DNA of 63,807 nucleotides, the filler included, from Chiloscyllium plagiosum (lineage: Eukaryota), in NCBI RefSeq assembly GCF_004010195.1. It is 4 parts of one record of this genome, joined end to end, with 100 filler letters (N's around TTAATTAATTAA, not from the genome) between each part and the next. Parts side by side here need not be neighbours in the genome. Positions count along the whole stretch, not along the records: positions 1 to 21,876 come from NC_057712.1; 3 more parts are not named here. One strand, 5' to 3'. This document shows positions 1 to 12,186 of this stretch, one piece after another. The position numbers were made by a program, and so were the translations under genes. The notes beneath the pieces were generated by a model. That model ran no database searches. It had not been told where the DNA came from and worked only from the letters and a program-made list of their open reading frames with translations. Position 1 is the stretch's first letter. Each line of letters starts with the position of its first letter.

Positions 1-3000
1 CAATGGTATACAAGCCCAGTCGCTCCAGTCTTTCAGCGTAAGGTAGTCCAGCCATTCCAGGGATTGACCTCGTGAACCTACGCTGCACTTCTTCCTCAAT
101 AGCCAGAATGTCTTTCCTCAAATTTGGAGACCAGAACTGCACACAATATTCCAAGTGTGGTCTCACCAGTGCTCTGTACAGCTGCAGAAGAACCTCTTTG
201 CTTCTGTACTCAATCCCTCTTGTTATGAAGGCTAGCATGCTATTAGCCTTCTCCACTACCTGCTGTACTTGCATGCTTACCTTCATTGACTGGTGTACAA
301 GAACACCCAGATCTCTCTGTACTGCCCCTTTACCTAAATTGATTCCATTTAGGTAGTAATCTGCCTTCCTGTTCTTGCCACCAAAGTGGATAACCATTCA
401 TTTATCCACATTAAACTGCATCTGCCATGCATCTGACCACTCACCTAACCTGTCCAGGTCACCCTGTAACCTCCTACTCACATTTCACCCTACCACCCAG
501 CTTAGTATAATCAGCAAATTTGCTAATGTTATTACTAATACCATCTTCTATATCATTAACGTATATTGTAAAAAGCTGTGGTCCCAGCACTGATCCCTGC
601 GGTAGCCCACTGGTCACTGCCTGCCATTCCGAAATGGAGCCGTTTATCACTACTCTTTGTTTCCTATCAGCCGACCAACTTTCAATCTAAGTTAGTACTT
701 TGCCCCGAATACCATGTGCCTTAATTTTGCTCACTAACCTCCTATGTGGGACTTTATCAAAAGTTTTCTGAAAGTCCAGGTACACTACATCTACTGGATC
801 TCCCTCGTCCATCTTCAAAGTTACATCCTCAAACAATTCCAGAAGATTAGTCAAGCATGATTTCCCCTTCATAAATCCATGCTGACTCTGACCTAGCCTG
901 TTACTACTATCCAGATGTGTCGTAATTTCATCCTTTATAATAGACTCCAGCATCTTTCCCACCACTGAGATCAGACTAACTGGTCTATAAATTCCTGCTT
1001 TCTCTCTCCCACCTTTCTTAAAAAAGTGGTACAACATTAGCCACCTTCCAATCCGCAGGAACTGATCCTGAATCTATCGAACTCTGGAAAATAATCACCA
1101 ACGCATCCACGATTTCTCCAGCCACCTCCTTCAGTACCCTGGGATGTAGACCATCAGGCCCCGGGGACTTATCAACCTTCAGACCTAACAGTCTCTCCAA
1201 CATCAATTCCTGGCAAATATAAATTCCCTTAAGTGGAATCAGGGAGATTGCTCAGGGAGATTGCTTGTGTCTTCCCCAGTGAACACCGATCTGAAGTAAC
1301 AATTCAATTCTTCTGCCATTTCTTTGTTCCCCGTAATATATTCCCCTGTTTCTGTCTTCAAGGGCCCAATTTTAGTCTTAACCATTTCTTTCCCTTTCAC
1401 ATACCTAAAAAAACTTTTACTATCCTCCTTTATATTTTTGGCCAGTTTACCTTCGTACCTCATTTATTCTCTGCATATTTCCTTCTTAGTAATCTTCTGT
1501 TGTTCTTTAAAAGCTTCCCAGTCCTCCGTTTTCCCACTTATCTTTGCTATATTATATTTTTTCTCTTTTAATTTTATATTTTTCTTAACTTTCCTCATCT
1601 GCCACGGCATCCCATGCCTCCTCCTAGGATCTTTCTTCCTTTTTGGAATGAACTGATCCTGCATCTTCTGCATTATACACAGAAATATCTGCCATTGTTC
1701 CTCCACTGTCATCCCTGCTAAGGTATTGCACCATTGAACTTTGGCCAGCTCCTCCCTCATAGCTCCATAGTTCCCTTTATTCAATAGAAATATTGTCACT
1801 TCTGATTGTACCCTCTCCTTCTCAAATTGCAGATTTAAGCTTATTGTATTATGGTCACTACTTCCCAATGGCTCCTTCACTTCAAGGTCCCTGATCAATT
1901 CTGGTTCGTTGCACAATACCAGATCCAGAATTGCCTTCTCCTTGGTAGGCTTCAGCACCAGCTGTTCCAAGAATCCATCTCAGACGCACTCCACAAAGTC
2001 TCTTTCTTGAGGTCCAATACCATCCTGCATTCTCCCAGTCTACCTGCATGTTGAAATCCCCCATTACAACTGTAGTAACATCTTTGCGACAGGTCAATTT
2101 CAGCTCCTGACTCTGCCCGTCAGTCTGTCCTTACGATAGCACGTGTAGCCTTGAATATTCATTTCCCAGGCTCTGTCCACTTGAAGCCACGTCTCAGTTA
2201 TCACCAGAATATGGTATCTGCCAATTTTCAAAAGAGCCTCAAGCTCATCCATCTTATTTCTAATGCTTCATGCATTCATGTATAGTATTTTTAATTTGTT
2301 ACTGCCCTCACCCTTCCCAACAACTCCTATTTCACTCAACCTTACAGCATGATCCCTTTTTGAGTTTTCTGCCTCATTGATACAGTTGTCTTTCGTGACT
2401 TCCCTTGTTCTAACTTTCCCTTCAATTTCCTTCTTAAACATCCAGTTTGTGTCCCCCCCTCCACTACTTTGTTTAAACGTAGCTCTGCTGCAGTAGCAAA
2501 CCTGCTTGCCAGAATGCTGGTCCCTAACCTATTAAGGTGCAAACCGTCTCTCTTATACAATTTATGCTTACCACAAAACATACCCCAGTGATCCAAGAAT
2601 TTAAATCCTTGCTTCCTGCACCAGTTCCCCAGCCACACGTTCAAGTCCATTATCTCCCTGTTTCTGGCCTCACCAGCCTGAGGAACTGGAAGCAAACCGG
2701 AGATAACCACCCTGGATGTCCTGCTTTTCAGCCTTCTTCCTAGTTCTCCAAAGTCCCGCTGTAGTATGTTCTCCCTCTTCTTTCCGACATCATTTGTGCC
2801 GACATGTACCACCACCTCTGGCTCTTCACCTTCGTCCTTGAGGATTTCCTGCACTCTGTCTGTGATGTCTTTAACCCTGGCACCAGGAAGGCAACACACC
2901 ATCCTTAAGTCCTGCCTGCTGCCACAAAAACCCCGGTCAGTTCCTTTCACTACGCAGTCCTCTATTACCACGGCTCTGTGCGATGTCCGACTTTTCCACT

Positions 3001-3597
3001 CTGCCTCCAAGCCAACGTTTGATTGACAGACCTGGCCACCTCGCGGACTGGCAGTGTCATCTGTCTCTACTGTTTCCAAAAGATTCAACTTGTTCCTGAC
3101 AGGTACTTCCCCCGGCGTCTCTTGCACCTGTCTCCTCTCTGCTCTCTTCTGGTATGGTTGGTGTAATAACCTTGCTGAAGGTCTTGTCCAGAAAGATCTC
3201 GTTCTCTCAGATGAGCCTAAGGTCCTCGAGTTCTTTCATCAGTGCTGCAATATGCTCTGTCAGTAGCTGAACATGCACACGCTTCCACACTTATATGAGC
3301 CAGACACACTAGAGTCGTTGACCTCCCACATCAAGCACGTAGCACACTGAACCAGCTTGGCAGTTACGTCTCCACCGTCTTCAACTGTGGCGTAATCACT
3401 TCACACCCACTCAAATAACAATCACTTACATTCCCGACCGGCTTTCCGCTCCGACTTTACTTCCGCCCAGCTCCCGCCACTCTCTGCTGCGAAAAGACCG
3501 TTGGCTTCGAGGTAAGTTCTTAAATAACAATTACTTACCTTCCCGACTGGCTTTGCGCTCCGACTTTACTTCTGCCCAGCTCCCGCCGCTCTCTGCA
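1..3597 (-). mobile_element. CR1-clade LINE, near full-length (3' end beyond window): 5'UTR, ORF1 (Zn-finger + SGNH esterase), ORF2 (APE endonuclease + RT), disrupted
   Basis: ORF1 motifs VVVHVGTND and DGLHLN (2342-3127); EN motifs VVMGDFN and LGSSDHN; RT motifs [28 protein letters not shown], YLDFQKxFDKVPH; frameshifts and stops; about 180 bp EN deletion near 2110 relative to the copy at 59588-61920. Confidence 0.95.
3411..3597 (-). repeat. Two ~110-bp direct repeats in the CR1 5'UTR
   Basis: aaataacaat.acttac.ttcccgac...ctcccgcc.ctctctgc occurs near 3413 and near 3522. Confidence 0.85.
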
Positions 3598-3765
3598 TTT
3601 GGAGTATTGCGTACAGTTCTGGTCACTGCATTATAGGAAGGATGTGGAAGCTTTGGAAAGGGTTCAGCGGCGATTTATGAGGATGTAGCCTAGTATGGAG
3701 GAAAGGTCTTATGAGGAAAAGCTGAGGGACTTGAGGCTGTTTTTGTTAGAAAGACCAAGGTTTAG
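3598..3765 (+). mobile_element. CR1 3' RT fragment
   Basis: Encodes LEYCVQFWS..YRKDVEALERVQRRF-type C-terminal CR1 sequence. Confidence 0.8.
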
Positions 3766-4404
3766 TTAACCTTTTCCAATGTTAATGTTTTCTTAGAATA
3801 TAAAAGATCTGATTGAAATTTATCACATGAATTTTTATTTTTGTATTTTTGATTATGGACTAAAACAGGAAAAGAACTACTTTAAAAAATAAGAATTTCT
3901 GAACAATTGTGGCATTTTTTTTTAAAGCAAGTGCCCTGACACTCAAGTTAGTATTGTTTACAAATTTCTTGACAAATAGTTGTCAAGAAATCAGATCTCC
4001 ACAAAGAAAGGACAATAAAATGCATCTAATGCCTGAAGATAATACATTTATTTTCCCTTTCCAGTTACCTGTTGAGTGGGAACCAGTCACCCTGTATCTC
4101 CAGAAAGCAGGTGAAAGTATCTGGAGAAGGCACACTGAGAAACAGCATTCTGATCAGCAAAAGAATTATCTCAGCAAATCCTGTGGACAGGAACCACTGA
4201 ACTGCCTTCCCAGTCATTCTGTCTGACTCTAAAACCCATGCTTTTTTTCACCTTTCTGTGTCTCTTTCTGTATGTGTGTGTAAGGGGAGGCTTTGAACAG
4301 GTTTTACCTCAGAATTATGTCAATGATTCACAATTGTTTATGTTTTTGGATCTATTTATTAGTGATAAATAGTAATTATGACTAAGTAAAGAAACTTGTT
4401 CCAT

Positions 4405-4600
4405 AAACAGGAGTTGCTGGAAAAGCTCAGCAGGTCTGGTAACATAATGAAGAGAAATCAGATGTAATATTTCGGTCCAGTGATCCAAAATCTTAGCTCT
4501 GATTTCTTTTCACAGATGCTGCCAGACCTGCAAGCTTTTCCAACAACTTCTGTTTTTGTTTCTGATTTAAAGCATCCTCAGTTCTTTCGGTTTTTATTTA
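4405..4600. mobile_element. Short fold-back element, probably Penelope pLTR-derived
   Basis: gttgctggaaaagctcagcaggtctgg is mirrored by ccagacctgcaagcttttccaacaac; related copies at about 28790-28900, 50640-50790 and 55753-55960. Confidence 0.6.
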
Positions 4601-4951
4601 GTACAGAAACCTGTTACTGCTTACTGTCAACCTGAATCTGAAAGACAGGTCAGTTGGGGAATTCTACATACCTTTATAAAATGTTTGACTTTTGTGATGA
4701 GGATTGGTTTTGAGTACCACATCCCAGTGAGCCATAATACAGAACTGCTTACAACAACTCTGCTTCACATGTTCATCCATCTCAACCAATATATAATAAT
4801 CAGTTATGAAAGTTTTTACAGCTTAATTTGGAAATTTGGCTTTTCCACTGAATCTTGATGCCATATTTCAAATATTTGTTCTGCCTTTGATTTTGTATTT
4901 AGCTTTGAATCTATTCCATATCATATAAATTGTTTGTTCCATCACATGGCC

Positions 4952-5303
4952 AGGACAATGGCACAGTGGTCAGCTCTGCTGCCTCACAGCGTCAGGGACC
5001 CTGGTTTGATTCCAGCCTTTGGCAACTGTCTTTGTGGTGTTTGTATTTTCTCCCTGTGTCTGCATGGGTTTCCTCTGGATGCTCTGGATTCCTCCCGCAC
5101 TCCAAAGATGCCGAGGTTAGGTGAATTGGCCATGCTAAAAAAAAATGTTCTGTAGTGTCTAGGGATATGCAGGTTGGGTGGGTTTAAAAACTCCATGCCG
5201 GATCATGGGAGTGGGGTGGGTCTGGTTGGGGTGCTCATTGAAGGATTGGTACAGACTCAATGGGCTGAATGGTCCTTTTCTGCATTGGAGGGATTCCATG
5301 ATT
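4952..5303 (+). mobile_element. HE1-type tRNA-derived V-SINE (diverged)
   Basis: tRNA-like head ggcacagtggt...gctgcctcacagcg, followed by V-domain ...gtgtctgcatgggtttcctc... Confidence 0.85.
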
Positions 5304-5394
5304 CAACATCCGATTTTGCTCTCTATCACTAGTGTCTCTGATCGTAAATCTGGAAAGACATGTAATGTTAATCTGTTGAGTGTCTCCCCAGTTC

Positions 5395-5875
5395 CTGTCC
5401 AACATCTAAAAGCACAAGTCAGGAATGTGATGGAATGCTTTCCACTGGATGGGTGCAGCTTCAATAGAGTTCAAGAAGCCTGGCTTCATCCAGGACAAAG
5501 CAGCCACTTGATTAACACCCAGTCCATCATATTCAACAATTACTCCCTTTACGTATTGATGCAGACTGGCAACAGTGTGCATCAGCTACAAGATGCACTG
5601 CAGAAACCCACAGAGGCTCCAACGGCTCCCTCCAAACCCATGGTCTCTATCGTCTCAAAAGACAAGGGCAGTAGATCTATGGAGCACCACCACCTGCATG
5701 CTCCCCTCCAAGACATACTATTTTAGACTGGAACTATACCATTATTCCTTGACTGTTGTTTGGTCAAAGTCCTTGAACTCTCTTCCATTAACCTTATGGG
5801 TGCCCATACACCCTGTGGATTTCAGCAGTTCAAGAACACATCTCACTACCAGGTTCCTTGAGACAATTATAGCAC
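5395..5875 (+). mobile_element. Old LINE (L2/CR1-like) 3' remnant
   Basis: Decayed coding-like text KAQVRNVME.FPL and caggacaaagcagccacttgatt; 3' region ttcagcagttcaagaa...ctcactacca. Confidence 0.55.
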
Positions 5876-6139
5876 TTTGAGCCTGTTCCAACAGCCAATG
5901 AAATCATGGCTGACTGCCTAACGCTATGTAACCCGCATTTGGCCCATATTCATTAACAAAAATGTATGTAAAATTTAAAATCAACACCCGATTCTGCATC
6001 CACATATTTAGGATGAGACTTACAAACATCTGCCACCCTTTTTGTGTGCAGAGGTGCTCCCTAACATCTCTCCTGAGCAGTCTATCCCTAATTCTCAGAC
6101 TACACCCTTAGTTCTAGGATCCCCATAGGAAATCTTTTT

Positions 6140-6320
6140 CTTTATTCATTCACGGGATGAGGGCATCACAAGGCAGCATTTATTGCCCATCCCTAATTGC
6201 CCAGAAATCAGTTGAGAGCCAACCACATTGCTGAGAGTCTGGAGTCACATGTAGTCCAGACCATGTAAGGATGGCAGACTTCCTACCCTAAAGGACATTA
6301 GTGAGCCAGATGGGTTTCTC
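6140..6320 (-). mobile_element. Deu-domain SINE fragment (SacSINE1-like)
   Basis: gcatttattgcccatccctaattgccc and ggatggcagacttcctaccctaaaggacattagtgagccagatggg resemble the shark DeuSINE from memory. Confidence 0.6.
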
Positions 6321-6410
6321 TTCATTTATCTTTATCTACCATATTTTCTGTATCTTGAAGACATCAATCAGATCATCCCTTAACCTTCTAAATTCTAGTG
6401 AAACAGGCCT

Positions 6411-7580
6411 AGAACATAGAATATAGAAAAGTACAGCACAGTAACAGACTCTTCGGCCCACGATGTTGTGCTGAGGATTAATCCTAATGTAAAATAAAAT
6501 AACCTAACCTACGCTCCCCTCAGTTCACTGTTATCTATGTGCATGTCTAGCAGTTGCTTAAATGTCCCTAATGACTCTGCTTCCACCACTACCGCTGGCA
6601 ACACATTCTATGCACTCTCAACTCTCTGTGTAAAGAACTTACCTCTGATGTCTCTTCTATACCTTCCTCCTAACACCTTAAAACTATGATCCCTTGTAGC
6701 AGTCAATCCTGCCCTGAGGAAAAGTCTCTTGCTATCGACTCTATCCATGCTTCTCATTACCTTGTACATCTCCATCAGGTCACCTCTCTTCCTCCTCCTC
6801 TCCAGAAAGAAATGTTGGAGCTCAGTCAAACTCTCCTCGTAAGACAAGCCCTCCAATCCAGGCAGCATCCTGCTAAACCTCCTTTGCATCCCCTCCAAAG
6901 CCTCCGCACCTTTCCTATAATAGGGTAACCAGACCTGGAGACACAATATTCCAAGTCTGGTCTCACCAGGGTTTTGTAGAGCTGCAGCAAAACCTTACGG
7001 CTCTTAAACTCTATCTCACTGTTAAATGAAAGCCAGAACACCATATGCTTTCTTAATAACCCTATCCACTTGGGTGGCAACTTTGATGGATCTATGCACT
7101 TGAACATCAAGATCCCGCTGTTCCTCCACAATGTCAAGATTCCTGTCTTTCATCCTCTATTCAGCATTCAAGTTCGACCTTCCAAAATGCATCACTTCGC
7201 ATTTATCCAGGTTGAGCTACATTGGCCATTTCTCAGCCCAGGTCTGCACACTGTCAATGTTGCGCTGCAGCCTGAAATAGTGCTCGATACGATCAACAGC
7301 ACCTCCAACCTTTGTGTCATCTGTAAATTTACTAACCCACCCCTCAACCAAGTCATTTATAAAAACTACAAAGAGCAGAAGCCCAATAAGAGAGCCCTGC
7401 AGCATGCCACTCACCATAGACCTCCAGGCAGAATACTTTCCATTTACAACCACTCTCTGCCTTCTGTCAGCCAACCAATTCTGAATCCAGAGAGCCAAAT
7501 GTCCCTGTATCCCACACCTCCTGACTTTATGAATGAGCATATCATGGGGAACCTTATCAAATGCCTTGCTGAAGTCCAAG
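6411..7580 (-). mobile_element. CR1 LINE 3' portion (RT C-terminus + tail)
   Basis: [23 protein letters not shown] and FFTQRV motifs; (tctatgt)-type tail at about 6411-6428. Confidence 0.92.
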
Positions 7581-7769
7581 AACTTTTTCAAAGTTCCATT
7601 TTCAAGATACATTCCAATGACACAGCAATCCTGTTGCTATAAATTGTGTCTTTTGGTCCTGCTCCATTACCACTTGAAGAAGCTGCGCTTTGAAAGCTAG
7701 TGCCTCCATATAAATCTGTTGGATTATAACTTGGTGTTGTGTGATTTTTAACTTGAAATTCCAGGTATC

Positions 7770-8830
7770 ATTCTTGTAAACCATATTGTACTCCCTCCAA
7801 CACTTTCCTAAATTGTGGTTCCAGATCTGCTCATGTCCTCCAAATGGAGTCCAAGCAGGGTTTTGTATAACCAAAGCATAACCGCTGCAGCCTTATACTT
7901 CAGTCCTCTAGATATAAAGGCCAGCATTCCATAAGCTTCATTATTTTCTGCACCTGTTTGTGACACATTAAAGATCTATTCACCTAAACCCCCAAGTCTC
8001 TTTTGATAACTGCTGAATTTAACTTCATACCTTCATACCCTGATCTATCCATTTCCAAGTCAAAATGAATAACCTCACACTTGCTTATAGTGAACTCTAT
8101 CTGCCATATTTCTGCCCATTCACAGTCTTTCAATATCCCTTTGTAATGTATTGCTATCATCTATACTTCTACAATGCTGGCAACATTATGTCATCAGCAA
8201 ATTTTGACATATGACCTTCTATGTCATTACCCAAATTGTTTATCAAAGATGTGAGTAATTGAGGCCCAAACGCAGATCCTTGTGGGATATTATTGGTCAC
8301 ATCCTGCCAATTTGAGTACCTACCCATTATCTCTACTTTCTGTCACCTGACACTCAACCATTTCCCCAGCCTAATCAATAACTTGCCCTCAATTTTGTGG
8401 ACTTCTACCTTAATTACCAGTCCCTTATGTGGGACTATGTCTTTTGGAAGTCCATATAAACATTTCCCATCCACAGACATTCCCTGTCTACTCCCTTAAT
8501 GAGGTTTGACAGGTATGACCTACCTGTCTACCATGCTGGTTCTCCCTGAATAACTGAATAACTCCCTGAAAATTTTCAAGATGGTCAGTTACCCCCATCC
8601 TTGATTTATAGACTCCAATGATTTCCCATGCACAAATGTTAGACTAACTAGTCTGTACTTCCCCGGTTTTCCTCTTTCTCCCTTCTTAAAAGCAGAGTGA
8701 TGTGCAATTTTCCAGTGAGGAGGGTAATTCTTGTGTCTAGGGAATTCAAAGAATATAATTAGGAGTCGTACAATGTGCTCCCCTAATTCCTTTAACATCC
8801 TTGGTTGGAAACGAACAGTTTCTGGGGATT
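7770..8830 (-). mobile_element. Older, highly decayed CR1 RT fragment
   Basis: FKKGERGKPGKYRLVSLT and fragmentary RT motifs. Confidence 0.75.
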
Positions 8831-9214
8831 TGTAGCTGTTTAATTCTATTAATTTCCTCCTAAACTGATGTTTTACTTATGTCAGACTTATACAGTAACT
8901 GAATAAAATTATCTACTACAAAGTATGTGCAGTAAACAGATTGAATAGCCAAATCTGGAGCCTCTGTCTTTAAGCAGTGAGAGAAATGTTTTACTCCTGC
9001 TTCCTATCCCTTCATGAGTTCAAGGAGGGTCGATTACATTCTGGACACATGGCTGGGGAGAAGAGTTCAACCATTAACAGCTCCTAACAGCCAGAAGCAA
9101 GCTGCGAAAAGCATTTTTTTCCTCTCTGTTAGATTTTCCCTTTGAATTCTGCAATCCATTTTCACACCAAAAATCATTGTTTTGTAAGCAGAGTTTCAGG
9201 AAGGCAGGAACAGC

Positions 9215-9272
9215 TGTAAGAAATGGGGAAGTGTGTTGTTTTTGCAGAAATAGAAAAGCAAGAGAGTGTATG
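9215..9272 (+). repeat. Truncated 5' LTR (first 58 bp only)
   Basis: Identical to 13575-13632, then jumps directly into the gag C-terminus. Confidence 0.9.
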
Positions 9273-9660
9273 AGCAAAATTATGCTGAGCATGATTCAGA
9301 CTGAGAGACCCTGGAAACAAGACGGGCAGACGCGGCGGGTTCGGTCGGGTGACTCTTGTGTGCACAAGACCCGGGTAAGAAAGGTCTTAAAAGATTTATC
9401 CGGGTGACCAGGGTAGGCAGTTATTACTGTGGAAAGACAGGTCACTTTAAGAGAGAGTGTCCAGATCCGAAAAAGGAAGTAAAGGCAGTGCCATTTATGA
9501 ACCTTGATGAAAAATAGCGGTGTCAGGAGTTCCTGCCCCCGGGGACCCACCAGGAACCCTTGATAAATTTAAAGGTGGGACCTTACAAAGAGGACGTCGT
9601 TTTCCTAGTCGATACAGGGGCAGCAAGGTCATCCTTAAATTTTAAGCCCAAGGGAGCAGG
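9273..9660 (+). pseudogene. ERV gag C-terminus and protease N-terminus
   Basis: SYYCGKTGHFKRECP (CCHC knuckle, first Cys lost) at 9419; TAG at 9515-9517 in frame with FLVDTGAARSSL (DTG at 9611). Confidence 0.92.
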
Positions 9661-10104
9661 AACGAAAGAGTTAATCGGATTATGGCAACAGTTTTGTGAT
9701 GACAGGCACGAAGAATCAGATTTGCGCTCATGACAAGATACTGCCACCAAATTGGGATTGAATTAACTGCAAATGGTGCTATGGAATCTGTTGAGGTTTT
9801 AAAAATGAATGTGCTCAAGCCAAACAATTACAGAAACAGAATGAGAAGTCACAAGTGACTGGTAAACAAACAGAACTGCGCGATTACAGTTGTTAAAATG
9901 TTTTAGTCACTTGTTGCATTTCCACCCTGAATTATATAATATATATAATTAATATTTATAATAAATCAATTGTGTTAGCCTGAATCAATATTAATTGGCA
10001 GGATTCCTTCACACATTCTCAGTGACCTGTCATATTGATTCATGGTTAATTTAAAACATGACTGCATTAATTCATTGTTAATTAAAGAATGGAAAGCTAC
10101 ATTA

Positions 10105-12057
10105 CTGGCCAGAGTGTGCGCAGGCAGTGGCAGCAACAGCCTTATTGGTAGAGGAGAGTCGGAAACTTACTTTTGGGAGAGCCTTAATAGTCAGCACCCC
10201 ACACCATACTAAATCAGAAAGCAGGACAATGGCTCACAGACTCGAGGATCTTGAAATATGAGACAAGCTTAATAGACCTTGTGTTAATCACAGAGAGTTG
10301 CTTGAATCCAGCTGCATTTCTGTGACGGGGAGAGGGGGTGGCCCTTAGCAATCCAGAACACAGCTGCCTTGATATTATTGAATATCAGACTAAAGTGTGA
10401 ATGGACTTAAGTGACGTACCATTGCATGCGGGAGCTCAGTTGTTTATCGACGGGCCCTCCTGAATAATTAAGGGTAAAAGGCATAATGGATATGCTGTAG
10501 TAGACGGGATAGAGGGAAAAATTATCGAGGCTGAAAGACTACCTAATGGCTGGTCAGCCCAAACTTGTGAAACTCTATGCCCTAGAAAGAGCTCTCAGAA
10601 CCTTAGAAAACAAAAAGGAATGATATATACAGACTCCAAATATGCGTTTGGAGTAGTACATACCTTCGGAAAAATTTGGCAAGAAAGAGGACTGATAAAT
10701 AGCAGAGGAAAAGAACTAGCTCATGAGAAATTGATAAAACAAGTGCTGGAATCCCTGTTACTCCCGAAAGAAATAGCGATAGTTACATCAGAAGGGGTAT
10801 GAACCGGAAGTAAGAGGAAATAGACTGGCCGATGAGGTAGTTAAAGAAGCAACCCTGAATCCACAAGGAGCAGTGATATACTCCCTAATACCTACAATTT
10901 CAGTTCTTCAGGGTGCCCCTTTGTTTACTGCAAAGGAGGAAAAAGGACTAAAAGATTTAGGAGCTGCAAAGACAGTAGGTGGGCGCTGGATGTTACCCGA
11001 TGGGAGGGAAATTTGAATAAAATGATGATGCAAGAGATTATGGCTGTCCTACATCAGGGGAGTCACTGGGGAGCGCAAGCTATGTGTGACATAGTGTTAA
11101 GGAAGTACGGATGTAAAGGGATATACACCTTAGCCAAGCAGGTATGCGCAGGATGTCCGACTTGCCAAAAGATTAATAAGAAAGTAACGAGAGGCGGGCC
11201 AAGAGGTGGAAGAAACCCTGGGGTAGGACGTTTTCAACGAATACAGGTAGATTACACAAAATTACTCCCAGTAGGGAAACAAAAGTACTTATTAGTCCTA
11301 ATGGATCACCTAACTGGGTGGGTGGAGACATTTCCAATGTCCTCAGCTGCCTCGATGGGAGTAGTGAAAACTCTTTTAGAACATATAATTCCTCGATATG
11401 GAGTGGTGGAAAGTATAGATTCAGACCAAGGTAGCCATTTTACCTCTAAGATCCTACAAGAAGTAATGGCGGATTAGAAATCTCTTGAGAATTCCACACT
11501 CCTTGACACCCGCCTTCCTCTGGACGGGTGGAATGAATGAATCAAACCTTAAAGAAGCAATTGTCTAAGCTAGTCCTAGAGACTCGATTAACATGAACAA
11601 AATGTTTACCTATCGCGTTGCTACGCATTAGGACTTCGCCTAGACATGATATAGGCCTCTCTCCTTATAAGATGATGTTTGGATTACCTTTCTTGGGTGA
11701 AAGAGGGGAACTACCAACTGTAGAGTTCAATGATAAGTTTTTAAAGAACTGTATTGTGGCGCTCGGCTCTTCTTTGTCTGTCCTTAGGAAGAAGGGTCTG
11801 TTGACCCAGACACCTCCACTTGAGTTCGACAACCGGGTGATTGGGTCCTGATCAAGACCTGGAAAGATACCAAACTGCACCCGAGTTGGGAGGGACCACT
11901 CCTAACCCTCCTGACTACGGAGACAGCTATCTGAACTGCTAAGAAAGGGTGGAGTCATCACACTCATGTTAAAGGTCCTGTGAACATCCCATTGGCGGAG
12001 TGGCATGCTCATCCTACAGACAACCCTCTGAAAATTAAGCTAAGAAAAAAGGAATGA
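10105..12057 (+). pseudogene. ERV pol 3' half: RT connection, RNase H, integrase (frameshifts and stops)
   Basis: WPECAQAVAATALLVEESRKLTFG; LFIDG; IYTDSKYAFGVVH; HHCC (H...HWG...CPTC); IQVDY and IDSDQGSHF. Confidence 0.93.
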
Positions 12058-12186
12058 ACTGAGACAAAAGACTCTTAATGTTTGATGATATCTATTGTTA
12101 TTAATTGTAAGGGCTGTGTGGACTCACCTCTCTCTGGTGCCTAAAAGATTAAGACAGATAGACAGGACGGTAGGCAGGGGTCAGAG

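Noticed and set aside
72..593. Plus-strand ORFs over CR1 copies (also many others in the track)
   Set aside because: Antisense shadow frames of the CR1 RT.
4065..4110. Possible exon LPVEWEPVTLYLQKA
   Set aside because: Good acceptor but weak donor (gtgaaa), no recognisable homology, and a repeat-like context.
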